Part shown: piece after piece, positions 20,201-29,392 of the stretch
Layout: each line of letters begins with the position of its first letter
Position numbering within the stretch: position 1 is the first letter of the stretch
DNA from: Giardia intestinalis
Lineage: Eukaryota
Length of the DNA stretch: 64,000 bases
Assembly: GCA_000002435.2 (NCBI GenBank)
Contig: CM018793.1
Direction: 5' to 3' (one strand)
Made by a program: the position numbers and the translations under genes
Notes under the pieces: generated by a model
Database searches by the model: none
What the model was told of the DNA's origin: nothing
What the model saw: the letters and a program-made list of their open reading frames with translations, nothing else

Positions 20201-21775
20201 ATCGTTGAGCTCGGCTCGTAAAACAGAAAGCTCGTTCTCCATTTGAGCGCGTAGCGCAGCCACATCTGCTGACGAATACGAATAGGGACCGCCAGAAGAA
20301 GAGCTTATAGTCATGGGCGCTTGGCCTTGGCCTCCATTGCGAAGCTCGAGCATAGCGCGATCAAGAGTGCTCAGCCTAGTGGCCATGTTTTCACTAAGCG
20401 CATTATGTGCATCTGTAAGCATGGTGACTTTGTGCATAGCTTCAGAGAGTTGCTGGGAAAAAAGCGGGAAATCGGGCCCATCTGCGCGCCTCTTGACTTC
20501 CTCCTCCATCTGGGCATATGGTCTAGAATTAGCGCGCCGCGGCGCACTCCGCGTTGGAGTCCATCCCCGACCGCTAAGCAAATCGTCTCCGTCCAGTGGT
20601 TGATCCGGGACGTTAAAGGAGACAGACGTCCGTTGTGACTCTGGTTTGCTACCGCTACGTACGGATTTATTCGGAGTGAGGTCAGCAGCAACGTCATAGG
20701 ACCCAGAGGCTGTTACATAGTTGTGCATTCCATCATGCAGTTGCGTTTCTGTGAGGATCTGCAAGTAGTCCTCCCTCCCTAGTCCTGCTTTGCTGAGATT
20801 TAAGCACCAAAACTCCGCAGCTATACCTTCACGCCCTCTTCCACCAAGTATAAATAGACGATAATTCCCAGAACGACTCTGCCACAGAACAATGGCATGG
20901 TTACTACGTGGTTGAGGAGTAAGATCTGACTCTGGGATACGTTTCCAAATCCTGTTTGTCTCGTAAAGAATCCAGGTATCAGCAAGCTTCTGATCATGCT
21001 GCTTTCCATACTCGCCACCGTGAATAAGAAGACGACCTTCTCCTACTGGAACTGCGCAGTGGAATGCCCGAGACATTGGCCCATTCTTCTGCACGGGAAG
21101 AAGCTCCCATTTGTGATTGGGGTAAAGCTTCCAGCAATGGCTCAGAAAACCATTTGCACTTATTCCTCCAAAGAGTAGGCAGTGATTATTGACCATCGTC
21201 GTCAGTGTTGCTCCCATGCATGGCTCCGGCTGGTCACAGTCCCTATAGGGATTTATAGACCATGTATTAGTATCTAGGTTATAGTACCACGTCTGTGTAG
21301 AAAGCTGCTTGTTGGACACGCCGCCGAAAAGCACCAACTCGGATGCACCGAGGCGTGCCAAGCAGTGGGAACTGAGGGCGGGGGGAGGAGAGCGCTGGCT
21401 GACTCCATGAATTTCCTCAAAGACCCCCGTCGCCAAGTCGCACCTCCAAAAGTCGCTGAGGTACCTCGTTCCGTCGATTCCTCCGTATATGTAAAGGTAA
21501 TCTTTGTGGTTCCAACGAACGAGGCAGGCAGCGTGCTTGGTGCGGGCACAAGGGCACGAAGGAGAAACCTTTTCAACTGGAACCTCTGCCCAGACCCTTG
21601 TATCAAGATTGAAGGCGCCAAGGGTATTGAACGCGGTAATGCCATCGCTCCCGCCAAAAACGTATATCATTGGCTCAAGAAACACGGCTGTATGATTACA
21701 CCTCATGACATAGTGCTCCATCTCCGGCCGAAACAGAGACACGTACTCTGAACTGCTCACAGAGGCCCGCGTCAT
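17231..21775 (-). CDS. giant Kelch-repeat / coiled-coil / WD40-repeat protein (about 1514 aa from first ATG)
   Basis: N-terminal Kelch propeller (repeated VFGG...W motifs), about 700 aa heptad-rich central region, C-terminal WD40 units (TGSADGTVRLWD, CEDGSIKLWD). ORF-track start 21844 is GTG and would overlap centrin; first ATG at 21773-21775. Confidence 0.8.
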   Translation of the reverse strand: MTRASVSSSEYVSLFRPEMEHYVMRCNHTAVFLEPMIYVFGGSDGITAFNTLGAFNLDTRVWAEVPVEKVSPSCPCARTKHAACLVRWNHKDYLYIYGGIDGTRYLSDFWRCDLATGVFEEIHGVSQRSPPPALSSHCLARLGASELVLFGGVSNKQLSTQTWYYNLDTNTWSINPYRDCDQPEPCMGATLTTMVNNHCLLFGGISANGFLSHCWKLYPNHKWELLPVQKNGPMSRAFHCAVPVGEGRLLIHGGEYGKQHDQKLADTWILYETNRIWKRIPESDLTPQPRSNHAIVLWQSRSGNYRLFILGGRGREGIAAEFWCLNLSKAGLGREDYLQILTETQLHDGMHNYVTASGSYDVAADLTPNKSVRSGSKPESQRTSVSFNVPDQPLDGDDLLSGRGWTPTRSAPRRANSRPYAQMEEEVKRRADGPDFPLFSQQLSEAMHKVTMLTDAHNALSENMATRLSTLDRAMLELRNGGQGQAPMTISSSSGGPYSYSSADVAALRAQMENELSVLRAELNDGLSRAANIASSTAASQRQQTFHPEIIKSEIMGECRKLLQGELTKTQSEILTSARLQCNGVQDALKLDIDTAFETIKGINSTVQRLETSSAKYVLKTDVQSHELRILNLESTSAHNSKTITETRQAVSNINELLDQLSTQVHQFCEGENGRQCSMQEAVKYIVSYDLNEVQAKCQRMDSLLSALDTRTKELSELTDRHVARQDLIEKKLLAEGTDDVLKRDDTSLLFIQNTSAPVIAKAVGDLRLELTTLISSLRDDLSKVHATVSESIAKEKQTCLDRNSRDEIIAECMVATKDLIEATSGALIEANTEGIRRMITDANIDIEGLRRANDSAEQVIEEQNRKIIKLEADVASIAASSCSSATEIPPRDFGKSLSNASDLEVLFDKCYGYIDIIKDDLKSDSTATKERVEHIFDEYSERLTSCESRLADLLSNVEATKCVAGIITTGEDGVLSATSSFCSTPGGGDSRALEDTVKKLKSIVSRLTKEATASSISIKNLIDSQQKLGDEMLRLRQDAVGGSTKTLFGELSTRMEAMREELEKKTSIISSLEVRVALLEQTRGYTYDEIVAIFHDLQQSSSANKVASSSMININSQGPQQDAASGGRPINVSQSLLTTEHLQPKSDQRHMANAARRSSVQCTNAAVIASSLHDLVEAIPPQSSFNASAWKELLCVQRSIFDQATLSNMYFDKVSVDPMFGFVVGSDGAFLRIWKVKPLSRDDFNKASTIKGAFDIIAAEDVIECPGVTCSTIGGNLLCAGNDKGYLAAWPSVGDPYQLIAYPNGSVSCISVLADKERRCVVSGGDSGVIMEWSPMDGNSAMLGTHTAKATCADTCSSYALTGSRDCSAICWDLIEGRERARCLGHPDVLLSCYICKEHSELCVTGSADGTVRLWDMRLDNLDQGKAKSRCLFVTNSPASVTKGVVSVFMNRDMMISTCEDGSIKLWDIRATTPECVQTLTIDSGRILCSAVLNNSMVISADAGSLLALEFMQ

Positions 21776-21813
21776 GAATGCCAATTTTTTGGTTCCTATT
21801 GAAACAAGCGAAT

Positions 21814-21820
21814 GTTTACA
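21814..21820 (-). promoter_or_regulatory. putative polyadenylation signal TGTAAAC about 14 nt downstream of centrin stop
   Basis: One mismatch from the AGTAAAC consensus; position appropriate. Confidence 0.3.
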
Positions 21821-21830
21821 GAAGAAACGC

Positions 21831-22361
21831 TCAAGAGAAAGCACTTGTGGACCTTAAAATAGCGATAAAGTCTTCTTCGTCAATCTCCCCGTCTCCGTCA
21901 CGGTCAAACTCCTGAATCATGGCCAAGAGCTCCTCGTCCGATATATTCTCTGACAGCTCTTTGGCCACGCGTCTCAGATTCTTGAGGGAAATGCGCCCCG
22001 TGGCGTCGTCGTCGAAAAGACGAAATGCCTTGAGAATCTCCTCTGTGGGGTCACGGTTACTTATCTTCTCTATCATCACTTCTTCAAAATCTTGAAAAGT
22101 TATCTCGCCAAGCTGGTCGCGGTCATATTCATTCATTATGCGCTGTATCTCTTCCTTCTTTACATCAAAACCAAGGGCTCGCATTGCAACTTTCAGCTCG
22201 TGGAAGTCTATGCGGCCACTACGGTCAGCATCAAAAAGGTCGAAGGCCTCGCGAATCTCATGTTTCATCTCCTCAGACACCTCTGCCCGGGTTTTCCTGC
22301 GAGGCTTCCCCGTTGATATGCTTCCCGAGGGCTTGCCTGCGCCTATGGCCGCTCTATTCAT
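21831..22361 (-). CDS. centrin (caltractin), 4 EF hands
   Basis: [64 protein letters not shown]-hand loops; basic N-terminal extension. Confidence 0.9.
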   Translation of the reverse strand: MNRAAIGAGKPSGSISTGKPRRKTRAEVSEEMKHEIREAFDLFDADRSGRIDFHELKVAMRALGFDVKKEEIQRIMNEYDRDQLGEITFQDFEEVMIEKISNRDPTEEILKAFRLFDDDATGRISLKNLRRVAKELSENISDEELLAMIQEFDRDGDGEIDEEDFIAILRSTSAFS

Positions 22362-22500
22362 TTAAATTTAGGATCTGAAGTTTGAGAAGGTTTTATGTTA
22401 AGTTTCCTTCATGTCGTTTTTACCACGTTAGTTGTTGGACATGTTGCCATAAAAGCTAAAATTGCACGGAACTGGCAAAGCAAGGATTCGAAGGAGATAA

Positions 22501-23712
22501 ATGGCGGACTACATGGACTACAGCACAATAGGGCCTGGGCCCGCCGGTTACACGATAAAGTCTCATCTGGGAGAGGCTCCTGCGTGGTCCTTGAAAGGTA
22601 GGCACCCGCAGAAAGGTGAGAACATTGGGCCAGGACCAGGGGCCTATCGCGATCACGAGGGGCCACGAGGCCCGGCATTTTCCTTCTCGGGGCGAGAAGG
22701 GGTTGAATATGCGAATATCAGCCCCGGTCCTGCAGCTTATTCTCAGAATGTGCGACCAATCAAACCCCAGTCTCCCTCATTTTCACTCCGGAGCCGGACG
22801 ACTATTCGCGGCGGCAACGAAAACCCAGGACCAGGGGCATATGAGCAAAATGTCGACCCTATTAAGGAACGTGCCCCAGCGTCGAGTTTGAGGAGCCGTG
22901 TTGGCGCTGATATCATTAACACAAACCCTGGTCCCGGGGCGTACAACCAAGACATCAGGCCAACTAAGGCATCTGCGCCGTCTTACTCTCTGTCAGGACG
23001 TCCAGAGAATGCTGCCATAGACACAATCCCCGGACCAGGCGCATATAGCATTGCGACCCACCTTTCCGGACCTGCGTCTACTCTCAAGGGTAGAACATCC
23101 ACGCATACGCCCGACAACTACCCAGGTCCAGGAGCATATGAGCAGGATGTACGGGCCGTTAAGCCGGCGCTGCCTGCGTTTTCGTTGCGAAGCCGGCATG
23201 GACCAGAGAGCACAAACATCAATCCGGGTCCAGGTACCTATGAACAGGATGTGTCCCAGATCAAACCAGCGGCTCCCGCTTATTCCCTCTCTGGCAAGAA
23301 CGTCAATCTCCTAAAGAATACCAACCCGGGTCCTGGGACATATGAGCATACTAAGTTCAGCTCTGTAAAAGAACGGGGTCCTGCTTACAGCCTTTCTGGC
23401 CGGACTCTCATCGGACGCGTCACTGTAACTCCTGGTCCCGGTGCATACAATGACGACAAGTACTACAGGTTGGGCGCTCATGGACCTGCGATTAGTATAG
23501 GCACAAAGTATAGAACACGCAGAACGCATGCTAGCCCCGGGCCAGGGGACTACGAAATCGCTCTGTCGCACAGCGTGCCATCATTCAAACTCTTGGCACA
23601 AGGGCATGGCAATAGGGTTCAGCAGTCGACACCTGGGTTTTATAAGCTGCCCTCTACACTCGGCGGACCAGCCTTTTCTATGTCTAGCAGAACAAAGATG
23701 AAGTATTATTGA
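22501..23712 (+). CDS. SHIPPO (sperm-tail PG-rich) repeat protein
   Basis: At least 12 copies of the xPGPGAY motif spaced about 30 aa (IGPGPGAYRD, ISPGPAAYSQ, NPGPGAYEQ, ...). Confidence 0.8.
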   Translation: MADYMDYSTIGPGPAGYTIKSHLGEAPAWSLKGRHPQKGENIGPGPGAYRDHEGPRGPAFSFSGREGVEYANISPGPAAYSQNVRPIKPQSPSFSLRSRTTIRGGNENPGPGAYEQNVDPIKERAPASSLRSRVGADIINTNPGPGAYNQDIRPTKASAPSYSLSGRPENAAIDTIPGPGAYSIATHLSGPASTLKGRTSTHTPDNYPGPGAYEQDVRAVKPALPAFSLRSRHGPESTNINPGPGTYEQDVSQIKPAAPAYSLSGKNVNLLKNTNPGPGTYEHTKFSSVKERGPAYSLSGRTLIGRVTVTPGPGAYNDDKYYRLGAHGPAISIGTKYRTRRTHASPGPGDYEIALSHSVPSFKLLAQGHGNRVQQSTPGFYKLPSTLGGPAFSMSSRTKMKYY

Positions 23713-24065
23713 TGCTCTTGGTGGGCTAACTCTTTCACTTGGGTTTTCTAAGCACAGACTCGTTAAAGTTTGGAAGGAGCTGGTTCTAGATATCCAGGTT
23801 GTGATTACAAGATTGATCAATCTCATCGCTTATGGAGGAAGCTGCAGCTAGTGGTTGGTAGGCTTTGGCTCTGAGCCAGTCAGATGAGCAACTGTGAGCC
23901 CAGAAACAGTGCCTTGCTAATACGACCACTTGAGGGGATCTTCTCGAATTAGAGTGACGCCTACGGGAAGCATGTGTGCAACCATTTTACAGCCAAGCTG
24001 TGAAGAAAATCTGAGTGCGCTAAAGGAATAGACATTCACAACTAGGAGTAGCCATTTATCAGAGA

Positions 24066-27000
24066 TTAGGAGGAAAGAATAACGTTGAAAAACACTCTAT
24101 CTAGTGAGGCCTGCAGCAGAGACCAATCACAAATAACCTTCTTTTGCGTGCGAGCAAGCTTCGCCATTTCAATGAATGCATGTGGAGCAGTCAGCTTATC
24201 GGAAACATCATAAGTGAGCGTTCCTGCAACATTGTTACGCAGCAGCACACTGCTCCCGAAGGTTTCCTCCATAAGTTTGTGGCCCATCTCTTCTAATTCG
24301 TAATTAAGTGACACCCCGTTAACCGTTACACCAGACCCCGGCTTTGAATCATGGGTGACCTCCACCATAATTTGCAGTGCTCCTCCATACCTTTCCTGGA
24401 GGTAAGTGCACTTTCCAATGCACTTTAACAGCCCACGGTCCATGATAGCTATCCGGTTACATAAGGCCTGTGCCTCATCCATAGCGTGTGTGGTGAGCAG
24501 AATGGCGCGATGTGAACGTATCCTCAGAATGATGTTCCAGAGGAGCCTCTTTGACACAGGATCCAGGCCTGTGCTGGGCTCATCTAAGTAAAGGACAGAC
24601 GGCGACCCCGTAAGTGCTATTGCGACAGATAGCCGACGCTTCTGGCCACCGGATAACGATTTGACCTTGCTGTTGGCCTTTTCCACCAGCCCCACAGACT
24701 CTAGAAGTTCATCAATATGAGTTTTCTCGTCTTCCTTGGCAATGTTCTTTAGACGACAGGAATACTTTAAATGCTGCCTGCACGTGAGAGTAGGGTAAAG
24801 GATGTCAAACTGTGGACAGATGCCTGTAACAGATTGAATGTAAGCCTTATTATAGGGGTCAACTAAGCTTTTGTCCAAAACATACGCCTCGCCGGTCGTC
24901 GCGCGGTGGAGCATCGTGAGGATGTTGATCGTCGTCGTCTTGGCGGCGCCGTTCGGGCCCAGGAGCCCGAGGCACTCGCCCTCTGCGACCGTGAAGGAGA
25001 CGCCCCGGACCGCGTGCTTCTCGGGCGAGAGCCGCGTCGCGGGGTACGTCTTCGTCAGGTCTATCGCGCGGATCAAAACAGGTCTCTCATTAAAGCCTTT
25101 TGTTGCACACTTAGCCCGCTTGCTTTCTGCAGACACGTCGGATTCCGAAATACAGTCTATGTGTGTTGTGCTCTTGATTGTCTTCAAATGGTCTATTGAC
25201 ATCGCATTTGAAGTAACCTGTGTACTGGATTCGAATCTACCACCATTAGGAGACAAAGGATCCACTGCAGTGCTCAATAAATGACCCGGAACGTGCTCTT
25301 CCTTACTGCGCTCTGACTCAGGAATGTATGGCTTAAAGTCTGTTGAGTCCATGAGGCTAATGTGGGTGTTTCTGCGCTGAGAACAGCACATACGGTCTGG
25401 ATGCACAAGTGCCCATGTGACCGCTTTACAGATGGACCCTGTTGTGATGTGCTTCGTCCTTCTGCCACGTAGCTTGTCCACCTTATTGACCACCGGAAGA
25501 AGGAAAAAGAGCCAGTGGTTTGGTATTCCCGTTTTCTTTGGCATTACCAGATCAATGTACATAGAAAGCAGTGCCATAAGGACCGTGGAAATAACGCTCA
25601 AAATTAGTGAAATGGAAACAGACTGACCCACATATGCCCGCGACAGCAGCGAGTCATAAACGTAAAAGCGAAGATCTGTAATGTGTAAGTAAAGAGAATC
25701 AGTTTGAAGAATCGCCAAGCTCTGCAGCTGTGAATGTACACTGATTGGCCCAAAGAAGGGAATGAGAGCAAACCAAGGGCTAATGCTCCTGTCAATTATC
25801 GTTGTTGAGGCGAAGTTGGCAGTACCAAGAAAGCCTCCGACAGCGTATCCGAATGCTATAACGACGGCCAGAAGAGCGGCAATGCGCCCACTTTCAAAGA
25901 AGGCAGCAATGAATGCACTGAAGATAGCGACGTTAGCAGAAAAAAGCAAAAACATCGGCAGCCAAGCCGCAAAGGTGTTCATACGTATCCCATTCAGATC
26001 TCCCGCATAGCACATAATCACAAGAAGCACAGCTACGCAGAAGCTTAGAATAAAATTATAGGTAAAGTCGGCTAACCACCTATTCGTGTATCTCTGGCCC
26101 ATCATGCTGTGTAAATGAACCATTCCGCTGGACTTCTCCTCAACAAGAGCAAATATCATCAACGGGCTCACAATGAACATTAGCAAAGGGATAACCAGGC
26201 CCAGGAGCAGCGGGGTCATCCCATCGGGGCCAAGAAAATCACCTGTCGAACGTCGCCAGAACGGGGCGTTCTTTCCTATGATAAGAGGGCCGTCGACCTC
26301 AACACTCCCGGTTGCCGACGTAGACACTCCATAAATCTGATTGACCATATTTCTAAGGCAGAGGTGAAAGTGCAAAACTTGAATTTCAAGCAGACGATCG
26401 TGATCCGTCTGATCAATGTAGTAGGCCTGCATCTTGCTGTAGAAGAAGGTATCATATGAGTAATCAATGCTAAGCACATCTCCGTCGGATTCTCGAGCAA
26501 TGCGAATGGGTGAGGGGCTTACTGCCTGACCAAAGCGAATACCAAAAGATGGAATCTCGTTGACCTTTATACCAACGATCCCGTCGTTGTAATAAATAGG
26601 GTTACTCGTATTAGAGACCGCATCTCTGTACAGCTCAGAGGTCCTCTTGGCGTGGTAGAAGAGCTTGTCCTCGTTTGAAACGCCCGCAGCTGTGATGTTA
26701 TCAGGAGCCTTGCTGTATTCAACACCCGGGCCAGTGAAGTTCATATATAAGTAATTGTCGTAGTATGAAGTAAAGTTTGTGTAATATGGAACTTTAGCTT
26801 TTAGAGCTAAGTAATTCTGGGTACTATCGCTAACAAGCTCATGAGCAGGATTGGTACGTATAACAGACGTGGTCCCATATTCTGTGCGGAGCGCCAAGCC
26901 TAGGGAAATATCATTGAACGGTTTTTCCAAAGCACTCAAATAGCCCTTGGACTGCCCAAGGGTATTACTATACAAAAGAGACCCCAAGTCGAAGTGCGAA

Positions 27001-27323
27001 AGGTAGTGGATATTAAATATGTTTGTAGGAGCAAGGCTGGGATAGGGGTTCGATATCCAATTACCGACAACAATATTGGAGTCGTTCGAAGAGTCTCCTG
27101 AAGGACCTCCCGTCACATCATATTTAAGAGAAGCTGTGGAGACGCTATTCAGATAGTACCTATGCAGCAGTATTATGCACAGCATCAGTACGAAAGTCAG
27201 AACCAAGACGCTGAGAAATCCCCCGAAGGAGGCGCAGAAGAGCGTCCAGTTTTTAAGAAAGACTCCCAACCACTGTCTGTTGCGTCTGGATTTGGCCAGT
27301 GGCGAGTCCTCTCCCAAGACCAT
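24066..27323 (-). CDS. ABC transporter, ABCA-like half transporter (TMD with large extracytoplasmic loop + one NBD)
   Basis: Walker A GPNGAAKTT, signature LSGGQKRRLSVAIAL, Walker B VLYLDEPSTGLD, H-loop TTHAMDEA; TM1 then about 300-aa loop then TM2-6. ORF-track start 27368 is TTG; first ATG at 27321-27323. Confidence 0.85.
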   Translation of the reverse strand: MVLGEDSPLAKSRRNRQWLGVFLKNWTLFCASFGGFLSVLVLTFVLMLCIILLHRYYLNSVSTASLKYDVTGGPSGDSSNDSNIVVGNWISNPYPSLAPTNIFNIHYLSHFDLGSLLYSNTLGQSKGYLSALEKPFNDISLGLALRTEYGTTSVIRTNPAHELVSDSTQNYLALKAKVPYYTNFTSYYDNYLYMNFTGPGVEYSKAPDNITAAGVSNEDKLFYHAKRTSELYRDAVSNTSNPIYYNDGIVGIKVNEIPSFGIRFGQAVSPSPIRIARESDGDVLSIDYSYDTFFYSKMQAYYIDQTDHDRLLEIQVLHFHLCLRNMVNQIYGVSTSATGSVEVDGPLIIGKNAPFWRRSTGDFLGPDGMTPLLLGLVIPLLMFIVSPLMIFALVEEKSSGMVHLHSMMGQRYTNRWLADFTYNFILSFCVAVLLVIMCYAGDLNGIRMNTFAAWLPMFLLFSANVAIFSAFIAAFFESGRIAALLAVVIAFGYAVGGFLGTANFASTTIIDRSISPWFALIPFFGPISVHSQLQSLAILQTDSLYLHITDLRFYVYDSLLSRAYVGQSVSISLILSVISTVLMALLSMYIDLVMPKKTGIPNHWLFFLLPVVNKVDKLRGRRTKHITTGSICKAVTWALVHPDRMCCSQRRNTHISLMDSTDFKPYIPESERSKEEHVPGHLLSTAVDPLSPNGGRFESSTQVTSNAMSIDHLKTIKSTTHIDCISESDVSAESKRAKCATKGFNERPVLIRAIDLTKTYPATRLSPEKHAVRGVSFTVAEGECLGLLGPNGAAKTTTINILTMLHRATTGEAYVLDKSLVDPYNKAYIQSVTGICPQFDILYPTLTCRQHLKYSCRLKNIAKEDEKTHIDELLESVGLVEKANSKVKSLSGGQKRRLSVAIALTGSPSVLYLDEPSTGLDPVSKRLLWNIILRIRSHRAILLTTHAMDEAQALCNRIAIMDRGLLKCIGKCTYLQERYGGALQIMVEVTHDSKPGSGVTVNGVSLNYELEEMGHKLMEETFGSSVLLRNNVAGTLTYDVSDKLTAPHAFIEMAKLARTQKKVICDWSLLQASLDRVFFNVILSS
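24883..25077. repeat. 195-bp perfect inverted repeat, copy 1 (Walker-A region of ABCA gene at 24066-27323); partner at 45156-45350
   Basis: Reverse complement of 45156-45350 is identical base for base; flanks diverge immediately on both sides. Confidence 0.9.
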
Positions 27324-27351
27324 TGGATCTTGCTTTTTTTCAAAAAACCGA

Positions 27352-27984
27352 ATGCCACCCAAGCCCAAGCAAATAGACGCATCTCAAGAGAAGAAGACGG
27401 CGGATGACCTGCCAGAGCTCCCGGCAAAGGGCACGCAGAAGTTTATATACGTGTCCGGGACTGTCTATGAGGGGGAGTACGACACTATTGACGGGCAAAT
27501 TTACAGACACGGACTCGGAAAGCTGATCGAGAACCTTTCGCCGGTGGACCCCGATGAGTGTCCAGGCTTCGATCCGCTAGAGCCGCCCCCTGGCTCGTGC
27601 CGCGCCCAGGTATTTGACGGCCTTTGGGTGAAGGACGCCTTTCAAAAGGGGAAGATTTCTTACGTAGATGGCTCGGAATACGTCGGTGAAATTGATAGTA
27701 ATGGGTCTTATGTAACAGGAGGTGTTTATATATTCCCCTGTGGATCTAGGTGGATTGGTGGGTTTCTAGGCTGTGAAATGCATGGAGAAGGCCACTTTAT
27801 TGACAAAGACGGTGTTGCGTGGAGAGGAACAATGAATCATAACAATTGCTCTTCCATGATTAGAGTTCACGGGTATGTCCACAAGGATCCGGTGCTTTTC
27901 GAGACAAATAACGGATCCCCGGCCAGTCTTACAAATACATTGTCCCATAAGGACGTAGATAAAACGGAGACTACGCACCAGTAG
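27352..27984 (+). CDS. MORN-repeat protein
   Basis: YEGEYDTIDGQIYRHGLGKL, YVGEIDSNGSYVTGGVY, WIGGFLGCEMHGEGHFIDKDGVAWRG MORN-like units; first ATG 27352 (upstream ORF-track extension overlaps ABC start and was rejected). Confidence 0.55.
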   Translation: MPPKPKQIDASQEKKTADDLPELPAKGTQKFIYVSGTVYEGEYDTIDGQIYRHGLGKLIENLSPVDPDECPGFDPLEPPPGSCRAQVFDGLWVKDAFQKGKISYVDGSEYVGEIDSNGSYVTGGVYIFPCGSRWIGGFLGCEMHGEGHFIDKDGVAWRGTMNHNNCSSMIRVHGYVHKDPVLFETNNGSPASLTNTLSHKDVDKTETTHQ

Positions 27985-29359
27985 TCCGGAAGGAGTCAAT
28001 AGAACTGATGCAACATACATTATTATCCATCCTGTAATACAGCTCGCAGACAGCTTCTAATAGAGTGTTACACATTTTGGTTATGGGATGAGCCTCTTCT
28101 CGCCCTTCTTGCCCACTGGCCGATGCGTCCCAGATCTTTTCTCTACTCTCTATCGTAATTTTCTGCCTCAAATCAACGTTGGCTGCGGCAAGATCACGCC
28201 CTATTAACCTCATCACATGTGATGTAAGCTGACTAACCGTGACGAAAGCTGGCATGTCTCGTGCAATTAAAAGATATTCTAGTGCCAGCATGATTCTGTT
28301 TCGCCGCTGTTCTAGTGATCTCTCCGCCAGCTGTATTCTAATAACCGACTCCTCTGTCTCCTCTGGTGAAACGATCCATGTCTTTATGAGGTCTGCATAC
28401 ATGGGAGCGTCTAATGGGTATTCCTGGACTGCTTTGCTTGCGACATATACGCATTTCCGTAAAGATTGATCCATAGCAAGTCGCTTCTGTACCTTTTGCT
28501 GATCGGTCCAGTGCTCACCAATGGCACAAGTCAGATTGGTGATAGTCGGAGACTCTTTATTTAGTCCGTCTCTGCAATTGTAAACACCGGCATTTTCAGT
28601 TAGCATGCTCGCTGACATGGTTCCGTGACAGCCAGTGAGGGACCGGAGATGCTCGTGTGTCTCCAGATTCCAGACCCCGCCGTTTGCAAAGAAGATGAGG
28701 TGGGGGTAGGAAGCACGTAGATTGTTGAGAATAGACGCAAGCGCCTGCCAATCAGGCAGCCCAACGGCCGATCCGGTGCGTTGCAGCCTTGTGCGTCCAT
28801 GAAGGGTAAACATCGCTATTCCTGTGCTGCAGAGACGAAGACACATCTTAACCGTATCTTTGTCGGATATATCAAGCCTAGTCTTAACGGCAACCTTGTG
28901 TCCTAGTCCAGAGCGTGCGGTAACGGCCACCAACGTGCGCAGGATCTCTTCCGCAAGATCCAAGTGCCCCATGAGGTAGGCACCATATTTTCCACGCAGC
29001 GCCACGGCCTGGGGACACCCCATGTTGAGCTCCACTACATCAAAGCAACACCCTGCACCCATTTGGACTAGGGTATTGTACGCTAACTCAAAGTTAGACG
29101 GATTATTTCCTGATAGTTGCAGAACAAGCGGTCTATCGATGCTTTCTCCGTGCTTGAGCTCATCGACGAGTTGGGTCATCGCTTTGGACGACGTGACAAG
29201 AGTGTTTGTACTATGCATGGGGGTCCATGCAAGCTCTACGCCGTACCTCCGTGTTAGTAAACGATATGGAAGCTCAGATCCGTCCACCATGGGTGCTATC
29301 CCTTTGGTTGGCGACCCCAGCTTGACGTACCATTCCGGATCTGTGGAATGCTGATACAT
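27971..29359 (-). CDS. tRNA-dihydrouridine synthase (Dus family)
   Basis: APMVDGSELPYRLLTRRYG, FDVVELNMGCPQ, VAVKTRL, LHGRTR motifs of the Dus TIM-barrel. Confidence 0.8.
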   Translation of the reverse strand: MYQHSTDPEWYVKLGSPTKGIAPMVDGSELPYRLLTRRYGVELAWTPMHSTNTLVTSSKAMTQLVDELKHGESIDRPLVLQLSGNNPSNFELAYNTLVQMGAGCCFDVVELNMGCPQAVALRGKYGAYLMGHLDLAEEILRTLVAVTARSGLGHKVAVKTRLDISDKDTVKMCLRLCSTGIAMFTLHGRTRLQRTGSAVGLPDWQALASILNNLRASYPHLIFFANGGVWNLETHEHLRSLTGCHGTMSASMLTENAGVYNCRDGLNKESPTITNLTCAIGEHWTDQQKVQKRLAMDQSLRKCVYVASKAVQEYPLDAPMYADLIKTWIVSPEETEESVIRIQLAERSLEQRRNRIMLALEYLLIARDMPAFVTVSQLTSHVMRLIGRDLAAANVDLRQKITIESREKIWDASASGQEGREEAHPITKMCNTLLEAVCELYYRMDNNVCCISSIDSFRTTGA

Positions 29360-29392
29360 TCTTAAAAATTGCTTTGTTTTGATTTATCCGGC

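Noticed and set aside
27175-27368. ORF-track N-terminal extensions at non-ATG starts (27175/27368, 1413, 3584, 21844, 29369, 32159, 37891, 42824, 57161, 57914)
   Set aside because: Inspection shows these ORFs begin at GTG/TTG. A eukaryote with Giardia-like initiation uses ATG, so each was trimmed to the first in-frame ATG. This also removes several implausible gene overlaps.
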